A stretch of 64,000 bases of DNA, taken from NCBI GenBank assembly GCA_964252035.1, contig OZ176202.1; one strand, given 5' to 3'. The position numbers and the translations under genes were made by a program. Positions 10,956 to 25,312 of this stretch are shown here, in pieces. Origin of the DNA: Podarcis erhardii (lineage: Eukaryota). The notes beneath the pieces are model-generated. The model saw only the letters and a program-made list of their open reading frames with translations, had not been told where the DNA came from and did no database searches. Positions within the stretch are counted from its first letter, which is position 1; each line of letters begins with the position of its first letter.

Positions 10956-11833
10956 CCTCCTTAAGCGATATCCTACCCAGTGATCTGCCAGCAAGTTTTA
11001 GTTCCAGAACTGCTACTCTCTACATGTTTTTTACTCCCCTGGTTGTTGAGAGGAAGGGGCAGATAGAGCCTCCATCTAGAGTTGGTCCTAAGATCTTCAG
11101 TTATTGACCTTATTCTATATATTTACAATTATATGCACATTCTGAGTAAAGTATTGCATGCAAAATTATGTCACTTATGTCACTTTGTAGTGAATTAGAG
11201 CAGGGCTTCATTTTCAGGGACTTTTACGTATTTGAAACATATCTTTATTCAACATCATCTTATTCAAGTTGCCTAATGAGCTTCTGTTTTGTTTTGTTTT
11301 TAAATCAGTTGGACCAGTAGCTAGGTAACCCTAACAATGATTTTTTAATTTAGCTCAAGGTATAAATTTCATTTCCTGATGTGTGATAGCGTTTATGAAA
11401 CTGCCAACTTTATTGGAATAGGAGATGCTGCAGTTTAACAAACACCCTTCTACCCACAATTTGTTTTACTCTTTATACACATTTGTTAATATATTTGAAC
11501 AGAACCATTATTGGGACTAGAGTTGGTGCTGGGTGTTTTTGAAGTCATTCTGTTTAGTTGGAAGCAATTCTGGTTATACAATATTTCTTCATGTGATTAT
11601 TAAAGGAGTTTGTTTCAGCTGATCTCATTACCGAACATCTCCAGAAATTAGATCTGGTGTTTGCCTGCAATGTAGACCTAAATGTCTTGTGACTCAAAGC
11701 TGTACAGTGGAGTGTTAAAAACTTTTATATTTCCTTTCACATTTCTGCAAAGATGACCACACATAGGCATATTAAGAACAAGTAGAACTGATGTTCGGCT
11801 GTATACAATTAAGATTGTATATAGAATTGAATA

Positions 11834-12067
11834 CAGTGGTGCCTCTGCTTACGAACTTAATTCTTTCTGGAGGTCCGCTCTCAACTCGAAACTGTTCTTA
11901 ACCTGAGGCGCGCTTTCACTAATGGGGCCTCCTGCGCGCCTCTGGAGCGCGATTTCTGCTCACATCCCGGGGCAAAGTTTGCAACCAGGAGACCTACTTC
12001 CAGGATAGCAGAACTTGTAACCCGAAGTGTTCGCAAGGAGGACGGTTCGTAACCAGAGGTGTTACTG
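11834..12067. mobile_element. Tigger-like MITE, 234 bp
   Basis: TA + CAGTGGTGCCTCTGCTTACGAAC ... GTTCGTAACCAGAGGTGTTACTG (23-bp TIR, 4 mismatches). Confidence 0.8.
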
Positions 12068-14995
12068 TGCATTGTGCTTTTAAAAGTTTCTGGCAGTTAA
12101 CACACCAACCCAGAAATGCAGAGTGCCCCATTCCTCTTGGTATTATGTTTTTTGACTGCCTTTCTGCCATAGTGAAGTTCACACCCAGGGTATGATGGCT
12201 ATGTTGACATCTCAGTAGCCTTCCGTATCAGGAAAGCAGTGGTGTGCTGCAGATATTGCAATGACAAACAAGGTATATTTGTAAAAAAAAAAAAATCCTT
12301 TGCAAAAGTCGTGATTTTCACCCCAATTTGTTTTTTTGTTTTTTTAAATAGAAAGGCTCATCTTAAGCCACTCAGGGCACCTTTTGTGACTGAAGAGCAG
12401 GATAAAAATGCTTTAAATAAATAAAAGGTGTGGCTTCATTTCACCACCTAGCTCTCATTGGATCACTAGTAAATATTACAAGCTTCAAGTGCCTTTCCTC
12501 ATCATTGTTAGAGATGGCTTTCCATTTTTGAAGCGAGCTGACCAACACAGATGATTTCTTGTGACTAGAGGTGGAAGAACACTTCCTCACTTCTTTTGAA
12601 AACCACACAACATCTTTATAGAGACTAAGATGAGATTCCTTCCCCCCTCGGCCCCCAATATGTGTGGTAGGGATGTTATCCCTTCATAGAAATTTAGTAC
12701 AATTTTTTCAGTTTTGTCTTGACTTAATCTTCCTTTGTTCTTCATATTGAACAGAATGGGCACAAAATCTAATGCCAGAAGCTATGAGCTTTATAATTAA
12801 TTGTGGTCTCATGTAACAGATTACTTTAGATCAGTACTAATTCTAATGTTTTCACGTCTTCTTCTGCAGGTGATTCATCAAGTAAAAACACAGCCCTTTG
12901 AATTGTCTCCATTTGCAGAACATAATCTTTTCCCCCCTCCCTGGATGCAGTACACCTGGTGCTTGATCCTCTACTCCTGCACAGTAATAGCAGGATTAGC
13001 GGGAAGGGAGGTGGTGGACATCAGTATATGAAGACCAACTGGAAACAGAGCTCTGTTGAAAGTGTATACTTTCAGATGCTTTTTGTATTCTTAGCTTCCA
13101 TATCCCTGCACATACCAAAACAACTAGTAGGAAAGTTCTACACATTTACTTCTCAAAATTGCCATTGTAGTAATAGGGATATGTTATTTTTGATACATGG
13201 GGCAGTATTGAACTTACAGTACAGTACTGAATTATTGCTTAGAAGTTCAGAGCTCATTTGAGATTTCCAAGAGAGAACTGTACAAAGCAAGTTTTTGAAT
13301 GCTACTCATTTTAGGAATTTATACCCCACCTTTCGCATCCATCTCAAACTGGCTAACACAATTTTTAAAACGTAGCAGCAACTAAAATTGAGTCAGAAAA
13401 TAACACTTAAAGCAGTGATCCAATTAAAAGGGTGGTGTGTATCATAACAGGCCACCAAATGCCATTAGCATTCCAAGCAGACAGAACAGATTTGCCCAAA
13501 TTGTAATGATGAAGGAACAGTTGAACATATCTAAGAGGAGAGTTCCAGCACTGAAAAGGCACTTCTCCCACTAGTCACTCACCTAACTTCAGGACACACA
13601 GAGAAAGGCCTTTGACAAATAATTGATGGATTCTATCCTAGTTCTTGGGCCAGGCTACCTTAAGTATTTTTACCCAGTTTTCTGTTGAAAAGGCTTCCAG
13701 AGCAGATGACATAAGATCAGTAGCAAGATGACCTGCTCACAGGCATGCAGTCTGAAAGACAGTGATATTCAGTGATAGTCATAATATGCTGTAGACCCAC
13801 TGACAGCAATGGATTTTAGCCCGTTTTAATGGGTCTGGTCTAAGTATGGCTTAGTTGGGTATCACTCACATCACAGAAGGGAAAAGAGGAGGCATAGGGA
13901 GAGAAGAGGAAAACAAGCAAACTCTGCTACCAATTTTTGCCAGTACATCATACCTCGGTGAGAGGAGCTGTAGGATTTCATGATTAGCATTTCTATGTTC
14001 AACAGCAGTGTTGAATCAACATTTCCAGTAGCTCTCAGTAGACTGATAGTATAGACCTTTTAACTATATATGCATAAGGATGGAAGAGCACTGGCATTCT
14101 GAGCTTAACAGCAGTATTCCCTATGATTCAGTTGGGACAGAAGTATGATTCTCTTGTTTCTCTTATCTATAGCATTTATGCTGCTTCTCTATCCTACTTT
14201 ATATAACTTATGCTACTGAACTCCATAGCCTGGCATGACCCTGAAAGGCTGGGCTGTCTTCGGATATAGCTTTATATGTTGCACCTAGCATGTATTGCTG
14301 GGGTTATGTTTGGGTCATGTTGGAAGTGGATAGTGCTGATACACAGCATATCCACATTTATTTAACAATGTTTTTATAACACTTGATTCTAGGAAAACCT
14401 CAGCAACAAATATTCTGCACTCTGGAAAACTGTTTGCTGAATTCTTCATAGTTTTTGGTTGGGAAATGTGTCAAGTTTGTCTTCACACAGGACATTGCAA
14501 ACTGCTGTCTTTACCTTTGGCTTTTGTGTTTGTCCTAACCTTTTCGTTATAATTTCTGTCAAGTTTTATTAAACACATATCAGTGTATTTTTTAACAAAG
14601 TCTGCACAGTCTCCAAACTTCGCTGCAGCCAAAGAAGAATAGGTTTGCAACAGAATAACTCACACACCCTAGATGATAAATCACGCTTTGAAAATGAAGC
14701 CATGTAAGCAAAAAGCCTATGCAAGGATCCCGTGTAACGCGGGACGTTTGGGATTATTTGCTCACAGTTCATAGTGTGCTCAATACCTGTTTCTAATTAA
14801 TGATTTTTATTACTAAGCCTCAGGTAGTCATCTTACCTAAGTGTAACTCAAGTTTCCCAAGGTCAGAATAAAGTCATCAGATGTACATATTTAGACTCTT
14901 GAGTAGTTGCAATTTGTTGCAGCTGGTTTCATATCTTTATAGATCTCTTAAGATCTTAGGAAGAATATGATATATGCCAGAATATGATAGATAAC

Positions 14996-15180
14996 CAGTG
15001 TGGTATTGTGGTTAGAGTGCCAAATCTTCACTTGGCTGTGAAGCTCACCAACTCAGCATAACCGATCACTTGGGGTTGTTGTTAGGGTCGTCTGCAGAGA
15101 GAGAAACACCTACATCCCTTTGAGTTCATTGGAGTACAGGTGGGATATAAATGTAGTAAATACATACATAAATAAATAAC
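14996..15180 (+). mobile_element. degenerate MIR/Squam3-like SINE
   Basis: CCAGTGTGGTATTGTGGTTAGAG head; GGTGGGATATAAATG(TAAA)n tail. Confidence 0.55.
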
Positions 15181-16255
15181 TACAAGAGGACATTTACTAA
15201 TCTTTTGATCCCAGCAGGTTTTATAGGCCAACGTTATAACGGTGCTAGTTCCTTGAACTCTAAATTTTTCATGCTAATTTTTTAACATTGCTTTTCAAAA
15301 TTCAGGTCTTACTTAGTTGTGATTAAATTATAATTTAGGATTATGTTGGTTTGAACACAGTTCTTTTTCATGAAAATAAACAAGGCAAGGTTTTTAAATT
15401 TGTCAGGGATACTGCAATCTGTATAATTCAGTTCAGTGGCAGAGCTGGCCATCATCTGATCTTTTTAAATTTAGAAAATGCAGTGGGTTTTTTTAAAAAA
15501 GGTAGAAAACACTGCAGCAGTTATTCAATATTATTGCTAATAGTAAAGCATCTGTTGTGTTCTGTAAATTCTATCATCCTGACAAACCAAATGGTTCTGG
15601 CTAAGGCAGCTCAGAATGCATGGAGCTCCTCCGTTGAGAATGGTTCCCCCCATTCAGTGGATGAACCATGTATAAATAAACATTTATGTGTACTTCCTTC
15701 TCATGAGATGCTTGAATTGTTCTCTATTTGGAAAGGATCTCTGGATGAGGACAATTGTGTTGGGTATTGTAATTGAGGGGAGGTGGTGAACTGAGTTGTC
15801 AGGAAATCTCACACCAGTTGATTGTAGTTTTTTATTTGCTTCACGCCTTTTGAAAATGTCTGTTTTCTTAGTTGATAAGATATTTCTCTACCAGACACAA
15901 TTTATTTCTGTCTAATATACTAATATTCTTTATTTCCACAGAAGTTAGTTCCTGTCTTGTATGTACCTATTTCAGTGCACGTGGTCCATATAAATGTCAG
16001 ACTTGGTTTTGTGATGACAAAGATCAGCTTTGAGTATCAAAGCTCTGTATTGAATACCTCCTACTCTCAAAACATGTTGGGTCTGTTTTTCCAGCAATTA
16101 TCTTTATAGAGGATTGAGGTTAAAAAAAAAACCAAACCCCTATATTATAGCATAGACCTTTATCTCATTAGAACTTAAGTTCGTTGAATGAATCCAAAGG
16201 GATATTTTTCCTTTCAAAAAGTGTTTAAAAACCAGTGATGGCTTTTATTTCCTAG

Positions 16256-16398
16256 TGTGACTGTGAAATACTATGGAAAAGCTTCTCATGCTGCTGCTTA
16301 CCCTTGGGAAGGAGTAAATGCATTAGATGCTGCTGTTCTTGCATACAACAATCTGTCAGTTTTAAGACAGCAAATGAAACCAACATGGAGAGTTCATG
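16256..16398 (+). CDS. PM20D2: PM20D2 exon 3
   Basis: [47 protein letters not shown]; 143 nt; TAG| and G|GTGAGA. Confidence 0.97.
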
Positions 16399-19300
16399 GT
16401 GAGATGTTCATTAAATCTTATGTCCAGCAAGTAATACTTCAGGCACTGTTTTATAATGTATCTGGCATGTTAACATTAAAATGAAAATGGCTGTTCACGT
16501 GTTTAGTTTTCTGATAAATGTTCAATCTGTTGGTAAAGTTGAAAGTTCTTTAAGAGCTATACAACTTTGGTATGGATATGTTCACTTAATAGACTTTGGT
16601 CATGTTTTCCCAAAACAATATGTCAGGGTTGTTTGCTTAAGAAACCATATTGTGTGAGCTGCATCCTGGTGTATGCAGCCCATAGGTAATTGAACCCATA
16701 TAGCAAGATGTCTGAAGTTTGGATTGTGATTTGTTTCACCCTAACAAGATATGTTTACTTAGTTTGTTGTTGGCAAATTCTCGCTTGTTAGGGAGAACAA
16801 ACCATGAACCCAAGTTTGGATGTTGTTCTAAGCTGATTTTATCTGCTCATACCAGGGGTGGTGAGAGCAGTCAGGCTCCATGTATGGTTTAATTAGCCAA
16901 GGTTAATGAACGTTCATCAGATGGTGATTGGTGTTGAGTATTATGATGGCAGACACCTGCAATAATGTGTATTGTAACAGCGAGTCTTCACACATTTGTT
17001 TTCCCCCAAATGGGGGTTATCATACCCTGGCAGTTGGTGCAGCTCTCTATTTCTCCTTCCATCTCTTTTATGCTTTGGGGATGCTTATAGGATCTGCTCC
17101 TCACCCTTAGTCAGAGGTTAGAATGCATGCTGTGCTAAGCTTGTGTCATCCAGATGTGTAAAGCATACGAGTTACATACTCATAAGTGTCTCTAACCCAA
17201 GCTCTGCAGTTCATGCAACTGATACATTTATTAGTGGAGTCCTGGAAGAGGTGATGGTTATATAATTGAATGCTCAAATAGCGTTCCAGTTTAGCTTTTC
17301 TATTAAGTGCTAGTTAACTATATATAGGGATTATTGTGAGGATGAGGCACAGTTTTGTAAGCTGCAAGGCTGAAGTGCTATGGTCCACACTTGAGTTTTA
17401 GCATGTAGTCTACTGTTTGTCTATACCTGACCATAAAAAAATGGGTCTAACAGTAGAAGGATTTCTAGTTTATACAACATCGTTTAAAAATATGTCGCAA
17501 CTAATCTAGACAGCTAACCAAAGGGATCAAATTAGCCATAAACACTTGCAATTCATTAACTTGACTGAAGTTAGTTAATAGTGAAAAGGTTTGGTTTCCA
17601 TCTGCATGGTAAAGTAACTATTGTTCTAAAAGCCCAATAGGCCCATCAGGCAGTTTTGACCAATCCACAGCTACCTATCCTACACCTCTGGTCCTACCCA
17701 TGAGGTCAGGTGTGAGGCAAGTAAAGTTGCACCTGGGTCACAGAGGAGATTGGAGGCACTGCTGATGTGTGTTGGGCTGACACTTTGAAACCCTGACTGT
17801 CAGCTGATTATCAGGCCTTCAAAGCATAGCCCCAACAATCAGCTTTGATCAGCTTCTCTCAGGAGTTCCCCATTGGATACCTCTCCACCCTATTGGATAA
17901 GCTCTCATCCAGAAGAACCCATATGATTTATCTTGCTGTTTGATTTCCAAAGCAATGGTGTTAATACCTTCCAGATAGAATTATGGGTCACTGTTGTAGT
18001 ACTTCTGAATATTGCATAAAAAAATATTCTCAGTGGAAGATTCCCCCTCACCCCATATAAACTAAAATGTAAAAGGTTTTGAGCAACTTGTCATCCATAA
18101 TACTTTCAATTTAAGGTAACATGGTCTTTCTGACTTGTTACTTTTTCTCGTCTTTGTTTCCTCCCATCAAATTTCTGCCCTTGTTAATGTTTATCTGTAC
18201 TAGAGCTATCAAATAAGAATAGCAAATTGAAAAGAGTGAGGCAAAGTTCATTTGTTAGTGATGATAAGAAAGGAATGGTATGTCTTCCTGCATTCCCGAT
18301 TTGTTTTTGTTTTTTTCTGATGTGCCCTTCATAGCACGTACTTGCTGGTTAAACTGGTTGGAGTAGCTCTACTTCTTTTAAACTCTTCCCCCCCCCCCAT
18401 AGGCAAGGTTACCTTGCTGGTCAACATTTAGTTTTTTATGTGGTCATGAAAGCTAATAGTAATTAGTTTTCTTTGCACAAAACCATTAAATTATTGAAAG
18501 CATTTGTGGCCCAGGCAGCACTGCAAGTGATTTACTGCTTTTCAAGTGATAATTTTCCATTAAAATACTCTTAGCATGTGCATGGTTTAAATCTTACACA
18601 TTTTTGTATGACGGGCCTTCTTGCTCTTGTGAGCATTGGTACCTTATTGAGGCCAAATTGGATTATACAACCCGTATCAGAAAAACACTGCACTGCCCTG
18701 TCTGCATCTTCCCAGCTAGTTTGTGCAGAAATATGTGAGAATGGGATTATACCAGCAGGTTACCACTTCATTTTTCTATAGCCTGTTTATCAACCATATA
18801 TAGAGATAGCATCTCAAAAGTCTTGTACATATTGAAGCTTTGTCAAAGTGTGCATATTGATGCCACAGCATGGTGCAAGCATGGGCTTGCTCTTTAGAAT
18901 AATACTTAGAGTAATACATTTTGGGATAACCTGTGCTTGTAGGAACTTTGTTGAATCTTAGCGGAAGCAAAGACAACAACTAGTTTTGCTACACATGGAT
19001 GGCATTCTCAGGAGCTCTCTTGAGTATTGCCTCTCACCTGTGAGCCAGACAGTTTTTGCTTAAAGTTAAACCTTTCTATTTCTGTACACTCACTTTGATT
19101 TGCTTCATACAACTGTTGCATAATGTAAAAGTGATTCTTGGAGCAGGGAAGCTTGCCAGTTTTATGTACATGGCCTAATAAAATTTAGATGGTTTATAAA
19201 TATTAGATGCAGCTTTCAGTTTTGCTGCCAATGTTCAGTTACTGTAGTGTAGCAGATGGATTCTAGCAAGTGATTTGAATAGCCCAAGACAACTAAAGAA

Positions 19301-20662
19301 CTATTCAGGTAAGCAACTATTCCAGGTATATTGAAGAAACCTAAAAATAATTTACTGCCTAAAAATTGCCATAGATTGCAAGCACATTAGGTCTGGGCAC
19401 CACCGAGTTATAACAATATTGTAGCAATTCAAACTATCTTAAAACAAAGAGCCTGTTCTTGCTGGAGTCATTCATAACTCAGTCAAACAAGATTCTATTC
19501 ATGCAAGACTTTTAAGATGGAAATGTATCATACCCCTTTATTCTTGTTTGAAATTCCCAATTGACAGTAGATTCATTTGCCTGGGCAAAATTTCATACAT
19601 GCATATATAACAGATCAAGAGTTGCTTTATTCAAAGTGGTTTCAACTGGAACTTTACTTGAGCTGTTAAGTGATAATTATCATACTTGGAGTAGAATGAT
19701 TGAAATCAATGGATTTCAATGGGTCTATTGAGTATGATGAATGTCAGCTATTACCTATTGTGCATTAGATCTGGGCCAACAGGAAGCAAACAAACGACAC
19801 ACTTGCTTTTGACACAGAACCTTCTAAAACCTGTTTCTACCATTTGATGACGCTGCACCTTGATAGCACTCTAGTCTCTTTGTAACAAAATTTGAAGAAG
19901 GAAAGTGCATATATGGGCAGACAAAGGGTGACACTGTTTATATTATCTAGGGTGGAAAAGATGGTGTTCTGGAATTTTGTCCTCCTTACCTATTTCAAAT
20001 GCTCGCACAAAAAATGCTCCTTAAAATGGATACTGTTTAAGAGTTTGAAATATTTTCATTTCTTATCCCTTTCTCTTGGTCAGCTCATGGGCAGCTGGTG
20101 TTGTGTAACCCACTACTTTAGTATTCTTCCACCATGCACTTCGGGGGGGGGGGGAGGCAGAAAAAAGATGTTAGGAGGAGTACTGTTCAAAACTGATGCC
20201 TAACTTGGTTAAGCAAAGTTGAATTATGCCACAAAAACATGTTAAATTGTTCAGCTTTAATTTACACTTTAGTCTTTTCCCCAGAGGTTAGAATATGAAA
20301 GGGATGTTTTTACGCCTTGACTTCTGGTCTAGTAAATATATTCAGCCTCTGTGTTACTGCTCCCTTAATCCCCCTTGTTCCAATGCCATCCAATTTTATT
20401 TCATCCTGAAAGACAACAGATGAATAACTGAGAAGAATGTGAATGCAAATCTTTGTGGGTTTTTTATTGAAATCAAATAAAATTTCAAGAAACAAGGTTT
20501 TTTTTCCTAAAAGAAAGCAAGAAAATCTGTTTTTGTTCCCACATCTGCTGGAGAGTTGGCTCAGGTGCAGAAATTAGTTTGGCTTTCCTGTTTTAGCCAG
20601 AAGCCTCAGAAACATACTATTCAAAGTTCTGATTTCAGTAACACAGTTCTTCCTTCTTTTAG

Positions 20663-20817
20663 GTATAATAAAGAATGGAGGTGTGAAACCTAATATCATC
20701 CCTTCTTATGCTGAATTAGAATTTTACTTGCGTGCTCCTTCATTAAAAGAACTCTCCATCCTGACAGAAAAAGCAGAGAACTGCTTTAAATCTGCAGCCC
20801 TGGCCACAGGGTGTGAA
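20663..20817 (+). CDS. PM20D2: PM20D2 exon 4
   Basis: [52 protein letters not shown]; 155 nt; TAG| and GAA|GTAAGG. Confidence 0.97.
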
Positions 20818-21172
20818 GTAAGGTTCATAAAGATTTATTTTGCTTTTAAGTGACAATGTGAGCTGACTAATAATGATAATATTATTATTTGTTCCCCACC
20901 TGTCTGACTGTTGCCCCAGCCACTCTCTGGATGACTTCTTGGCCAAACCACCTAGGACCTATTGAGTGATTTTAGTTGAAAGAAGCATAACATCTACATG
21001 TCAGCCTACCCTCTGACAGTTTCCCCCTATAGTTGTGGATTGGGGTGCTAGATTGGGGTGATTAGGCCTGTCAAGATGTTTGAAATAGTCCAGTCACCTC
21101 TGTCTTTCTCTCATTGCAGTGCTTGGAGAGAAAGTTTCAGCTCAGCGCTGTAATGGGAATGAATGTGTTTCC

Positions 21173-21178
<6 letters not shown>

Positions 21179-21222
<44 letters not shown>
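21179..21222. repeat. (GT)22 microsatellite
   Basis: Pure dinucleotide run. Confidence 0.95.
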
Positions 21223-21224
<2 letters not shown>

Positions 21225-22165
21225 GTGGCGGTCTGTGTGTGGTGAGAGCAGGGTGTGCTTGGCTATGACCACAACTGGCATATGGCCCTCAGAGGATTGG
21301 CCTCAACCCTCAGGCTGAAAAGGTTTATCCATCTCTGAACTAAAACCCTGATCCCGTTGAACTAACATCTCAGCATAGCTGATATTTTGGACTTAACTGA
21401 GGGTATTGCCTCAACTTTGTCAAGTCTTGGTTCTCAAAAGTGCAAACATACCCGAGTAAGAGCGACCTTTCACATGCTTTTAAATACACAAGGACTCAGC
21501 ATTGGGCTGTTTTTCTTTTCTTTTTCTTTTTTTTAAAAAAGCTTCCTTTCTCACTGAACAGTTTCTAAGTACTTTTCCTTCTTTGGTATTTTCTTTAAAT
21601 CATAAAAGTAGTGAGGAGCCTAAGGGGATTAACCCTGCTTCTAAAGCTTCTACTTCAAAGTGATTCCCAACCAGAGCTCACTTCCATATTCAGTTGGAAC
21701 TCCCTTCCAAGAATTTACACAATCTTGGCTGTGTGTTTTTTTCCATTTGGCATCTTTGGAAGCTGACATTCCACACTTCTAATTTATCCTGTTTTGCAAA
21801 AAGCTTGCAGTTGTCTAAGGGCAGGAAGCAGAAAATTGCTTGCTTGTTCTAGGAGATAATGCCACATTCATGCTTCGTATAAATACGATGTGAAATGCCG
21901 AAGAAAGCTAATTAGTTCCTAAAAGTGTAATCCTTTGCATGTTTACTTTGAAGTCAGCCACACTGTGAATTGCAGCTTGTTCTCAGGTAAGTATGTTTCA
22001 GATTTCAGCCAAACACTAAGTCCTATGCATTTTTGAGAGTAAGCCCCTTTGAGTTCAGTGGGACTGACCTCTGAGTAAGACAAATAGGATTGAGTTGGAG
22101 GCCCTTTGGTTTAGACTTCATCTGGCATTTTTGTGTCAAAGCAAATGAATATTTTTCTTCTCTAG

Positions 22166-22298
22166 ATGGAATTAAAAGGTGGTGCAAATGATTACTACAA
22201 CGTGCTTCCTAACAAGAGCCTGGAAAAAGCTTACATTGATAACGGGAAGAAACTTGGCATGGAGTTCATCCCAGAAGATAACTTGACTGGGTTGTCAG
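22166..22298 (+). CDS. PM20D2: PM20D2 exon 5
   Basis: MELKGGANDYYNVLPNKSLEKAYIDNGKKLGMEFIPEDNLTGLS; 133 nt; TAG| and G|GTAATA. Confidence 0.96.
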
Positions 22299-22794
22299 GT
22301 AATAAATAATAAAACATCCAATAAAACATTTATCAGGTTGGCTTTTACTCCTTTTCTATCCATTTCTGGTTTGTTTGTCAGCCTGGAAAATACATTTATA
22401 CATCTTTTAAGAATTTCCCCAAAATTGGGAAGGGTGATCAGTTTTTATATTTTAGAGTATCAGAATGTGTATTGCTAGGTGAATGCAGAAACAAATTTGA
22501 AGGGGATTTGAATTTGGTAAGGGAAAATGTAATGGGGCTGTTCTGAAACTTCAATCACATACTTTATCATATACTTATTTTCTTGTAATACTCTTAGCAT
22601 TTTGTTCAACTTGATCCATGAAGTAAGGACAGGTTGAGTTAAATGGGCAGTAAACAGTGCTGCCGTGGTTTTGCCATTCCATGGTATCTGTTCTTCATCA
22701 TAAACCAACTTAGGATGTAGAGTTCAAGGGCAGTGGATACCCTACTGTCCATCAACATGCAAGGGATATGATTGGTAGTCTCTAAGTTAAACTA

Positions 22795-23194
22795 CCGTAG
22801 ATTCCGGCGGATTAGGCGACTGGGCGTATTAGACGACCCCCCCAAATTGGCAGCTGCAATTTGGGGATTTGTTTTATAAGCCCAGTTGCCTAATACGTTG
22901 GGCAGCAACAGGGGGCAGGCTCAGCTCCACGCCGGGAGAAAGCCGCCCACTGTGGAGCTGAGCCTGCCGCCCGCTGCTGCTGCTTCCAAAGCAGCAGCGG
23001 GGGGCGGGCTCCGCGCCGGACAGCTTTCTCCCAGCGCGTAGCTGAGCCCGCTGCCCACTGCAGGTGTTTCGGAGCCACCGCAGCGGGGGGCGGGCTCTGC
23101 TCCGCGCCACCCATACCTGGCGTATAAGGCGACCCCCGACTTTGGAGAAGATTTTCCAGGGTTCAAAAGTCGCCTTATACGTCGGAATCTACGG
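22795..23194. mobile_element. pogo/Tigger-type MITE, 400 bp
   Basis: TA TSDs; TIRs CCGTAGATTCCGGCGGATTAGGCGAC vs CCGTAGATTCCGACGTATAAGGCGAC; GC-rich internal hairpin repeats. Confidence 0.88.
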
Positions 23195-23944
23195 TATTAT
23201 TTCAGGACTGCTTGATCTTGATACTGTAGAAAGGAAAAACCCAGTTTATGTGCATGCTACTTATGTATATCACTTTTTCTCCAGAACTGTCTCCCCCCCC
23301 CCCCTTTAAGAGTGATGCCTTTTTCCATTTATGTGAGGAATTGTTGAACTGTTATTTAAGAAAACTAAATTCTCTCAACCAAAACCTCCATTCTGCTGTT
23401 GGAATCATTTCTGCATTCTGTTTATTTCAACTTGGCAAAGTGAAACATTTATGTTTGGGAGATACCTAATGTACTTGAAAAATTGTGAAATTGGCCTGAT
23501 TCTGCATCTTATCATTTATCAACTTTCATTGCTAATCCCAAAATATTTATTTTACACCTAAAAAAACCCCACAACCTGTTGCCTTTGTCTGTGTTACGTG
23601 CTCTTTTCTCTGTCATACTTTCTCATGCCGTGGGACAGGAGCTGCACAGATTTTTTTCATTTCACTTCGTTTCCAGTGCCTTTGGTTACCTCCATATCAC
23701 TGTCTTTGTCCAATTCTACAGTTTTGCAGTCAATAAATAAATAACTTTGTGATCCTGACATTTGGAACAGTATAATAATGCAAGATGAACAAATGTGCCT
23801 AGTTGCACTGTTCCAATTGTAAGCTGCTTTCTTAGTTTGAGATCTGAATTATTATATTGCTGCAGAGCATGCATAGCTGAGCAGTACTTACATATATTCC
23901 TTTTGGTAGCCTGATCTGATACATTTAAAACTACCTTTTCCTAG

Positions 23945-24052
23945 GTTCTACTGATTTTGGGAATGTTACCTTTGTGGTTCCTGGGATTCATCCTTATTTT
24001 TATATTGGGTCTGATGCACTAAACCATACTGAGCAATACACAACAGCTGCAG
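23945..24052 (+). CDS. PM20D2: PM20D2 exon 6
   Basis: [36 protein letters not shown]; 108 nt; TAG| and G|GTTAGT. Confidence 0.97.
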
Positions 24053-24065
24053 GTTAGTGAGTTTT

Positions 24066-24091
24066 GTGTGTGTGTGTGTGTGTGTGTGTGT
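24066..24091. repeat. (GT)13 microsatellite just inside PM20D2 intron 6
   Basis: Pure dinucleotide run starting at intron position +14. Confidence 0.95.
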
Positions 24092-25312
24092 ATACATGTA
24101 TTCCTCCTGGCCCCCCCACCAAAAAATATACAAGAACACTAAGATGGAAATTACATTGAGTTAAAGGTTTTCCCCAGCTGGCCTATGCTTAGTGCAGCTG
24201 AATGGAACATTAAATTGTTCTGGACTGGAATTAATGTGTCTTACCTATGTTTCTGTGATTATTCTTACTAGGTCTTGGACATTTGTGTACTGTGTTCCTA
24301 GGAATAGTCAGTAATAAATATTTATTTGTTTATTTGCAAAAATTCTAAGTTGTCCTTTACCATATGGTCCCTGAGTGGGTTATAATATAATATACTGTAC
24401 AATAATAAGATAAAATTGCAATGACAAATAAAACTGTTCTAGCCAGCACTTCAGTGGTTAAAATTTTCAGAGGGTGTTTGCTCACACTTCTCTTGAAGTC
24501 TGTGCTGCACTATTCCAAAAGTCTTGGCTTTTTTTATTGCAGCTGAAGCAACTGGAAATCTTGATGCCTTGCTAGCTGACTAACACTAGCAAGAGCAAGC
24601 ACAGGTCTCTCGATGTGCTGCTGACTTAAATCAATCTTTATAGGGTTTTTTGTTTTTTTAATAAGCTAACCTAACCTCCTGGTGGTCAGGTGTGGATAAC
24701 TTGTTGAAATCTCTTATGCAGATATGCATCTTAAGATCCAGTGATACTCCTACTATGAGAAGTATGTTTGTGGCAGAAATTATGAGAGGGTAGTGAAGAA
24801 ACTAGAAATGTCCACATTTGGGCATATTCACAAGAAGCAATAACTTCAGGCTTACAATGAGCCTGAATTTCTTGTATGAAACACATATTTATGCTAGATG
24901 CACTGAAATTGAAAGGTGTGCATTTTAATACAGGAAAAGAAAACATAAAGCTACTTAGGAGAAGACAATATCTTTTTATTCCCAGGGTAATTCAAATTGA
25001 ATTGTTTTGGAAGGGGAAATGGCCTTTACAAATCCCTTATAGTTATGGTATAGCTATACAGTAAATCCCTTCAGTCTTGAATGTGCTGCCTAGCTCTTGG
25101 TAAGACCTGCTCCTGTGGCCATTTCTGAAGGCAGCAGACCAGCTTAAATTAACTTTAAAAATGGTGGGTTGTTTCTCTTTGATCCAGCAGGCGCTTCTGT
25201 TCAGAATGAGGAGGGAATTGGTTTTGCCAGTCCCTCCCTCCCAATGCAGCCCCCTACCACCACCTCTTTATTGATCCCTTCTGTTCTCATTTGTGGATTT
25301 AATTCTTCCTAG

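Noticed and set aside
12843-12881. Textbook branch point and acceptor (CTAAT...TTCTGCAG) in PM20D2 intron 2
   Set aside because: I found no convincing downstream donor, so no exon can be supported.
15351-15776. 141-aa intronic ORF
   Set aside because: Non-ATG start, no motif, and a length within chance range for 64 kb in six frames.
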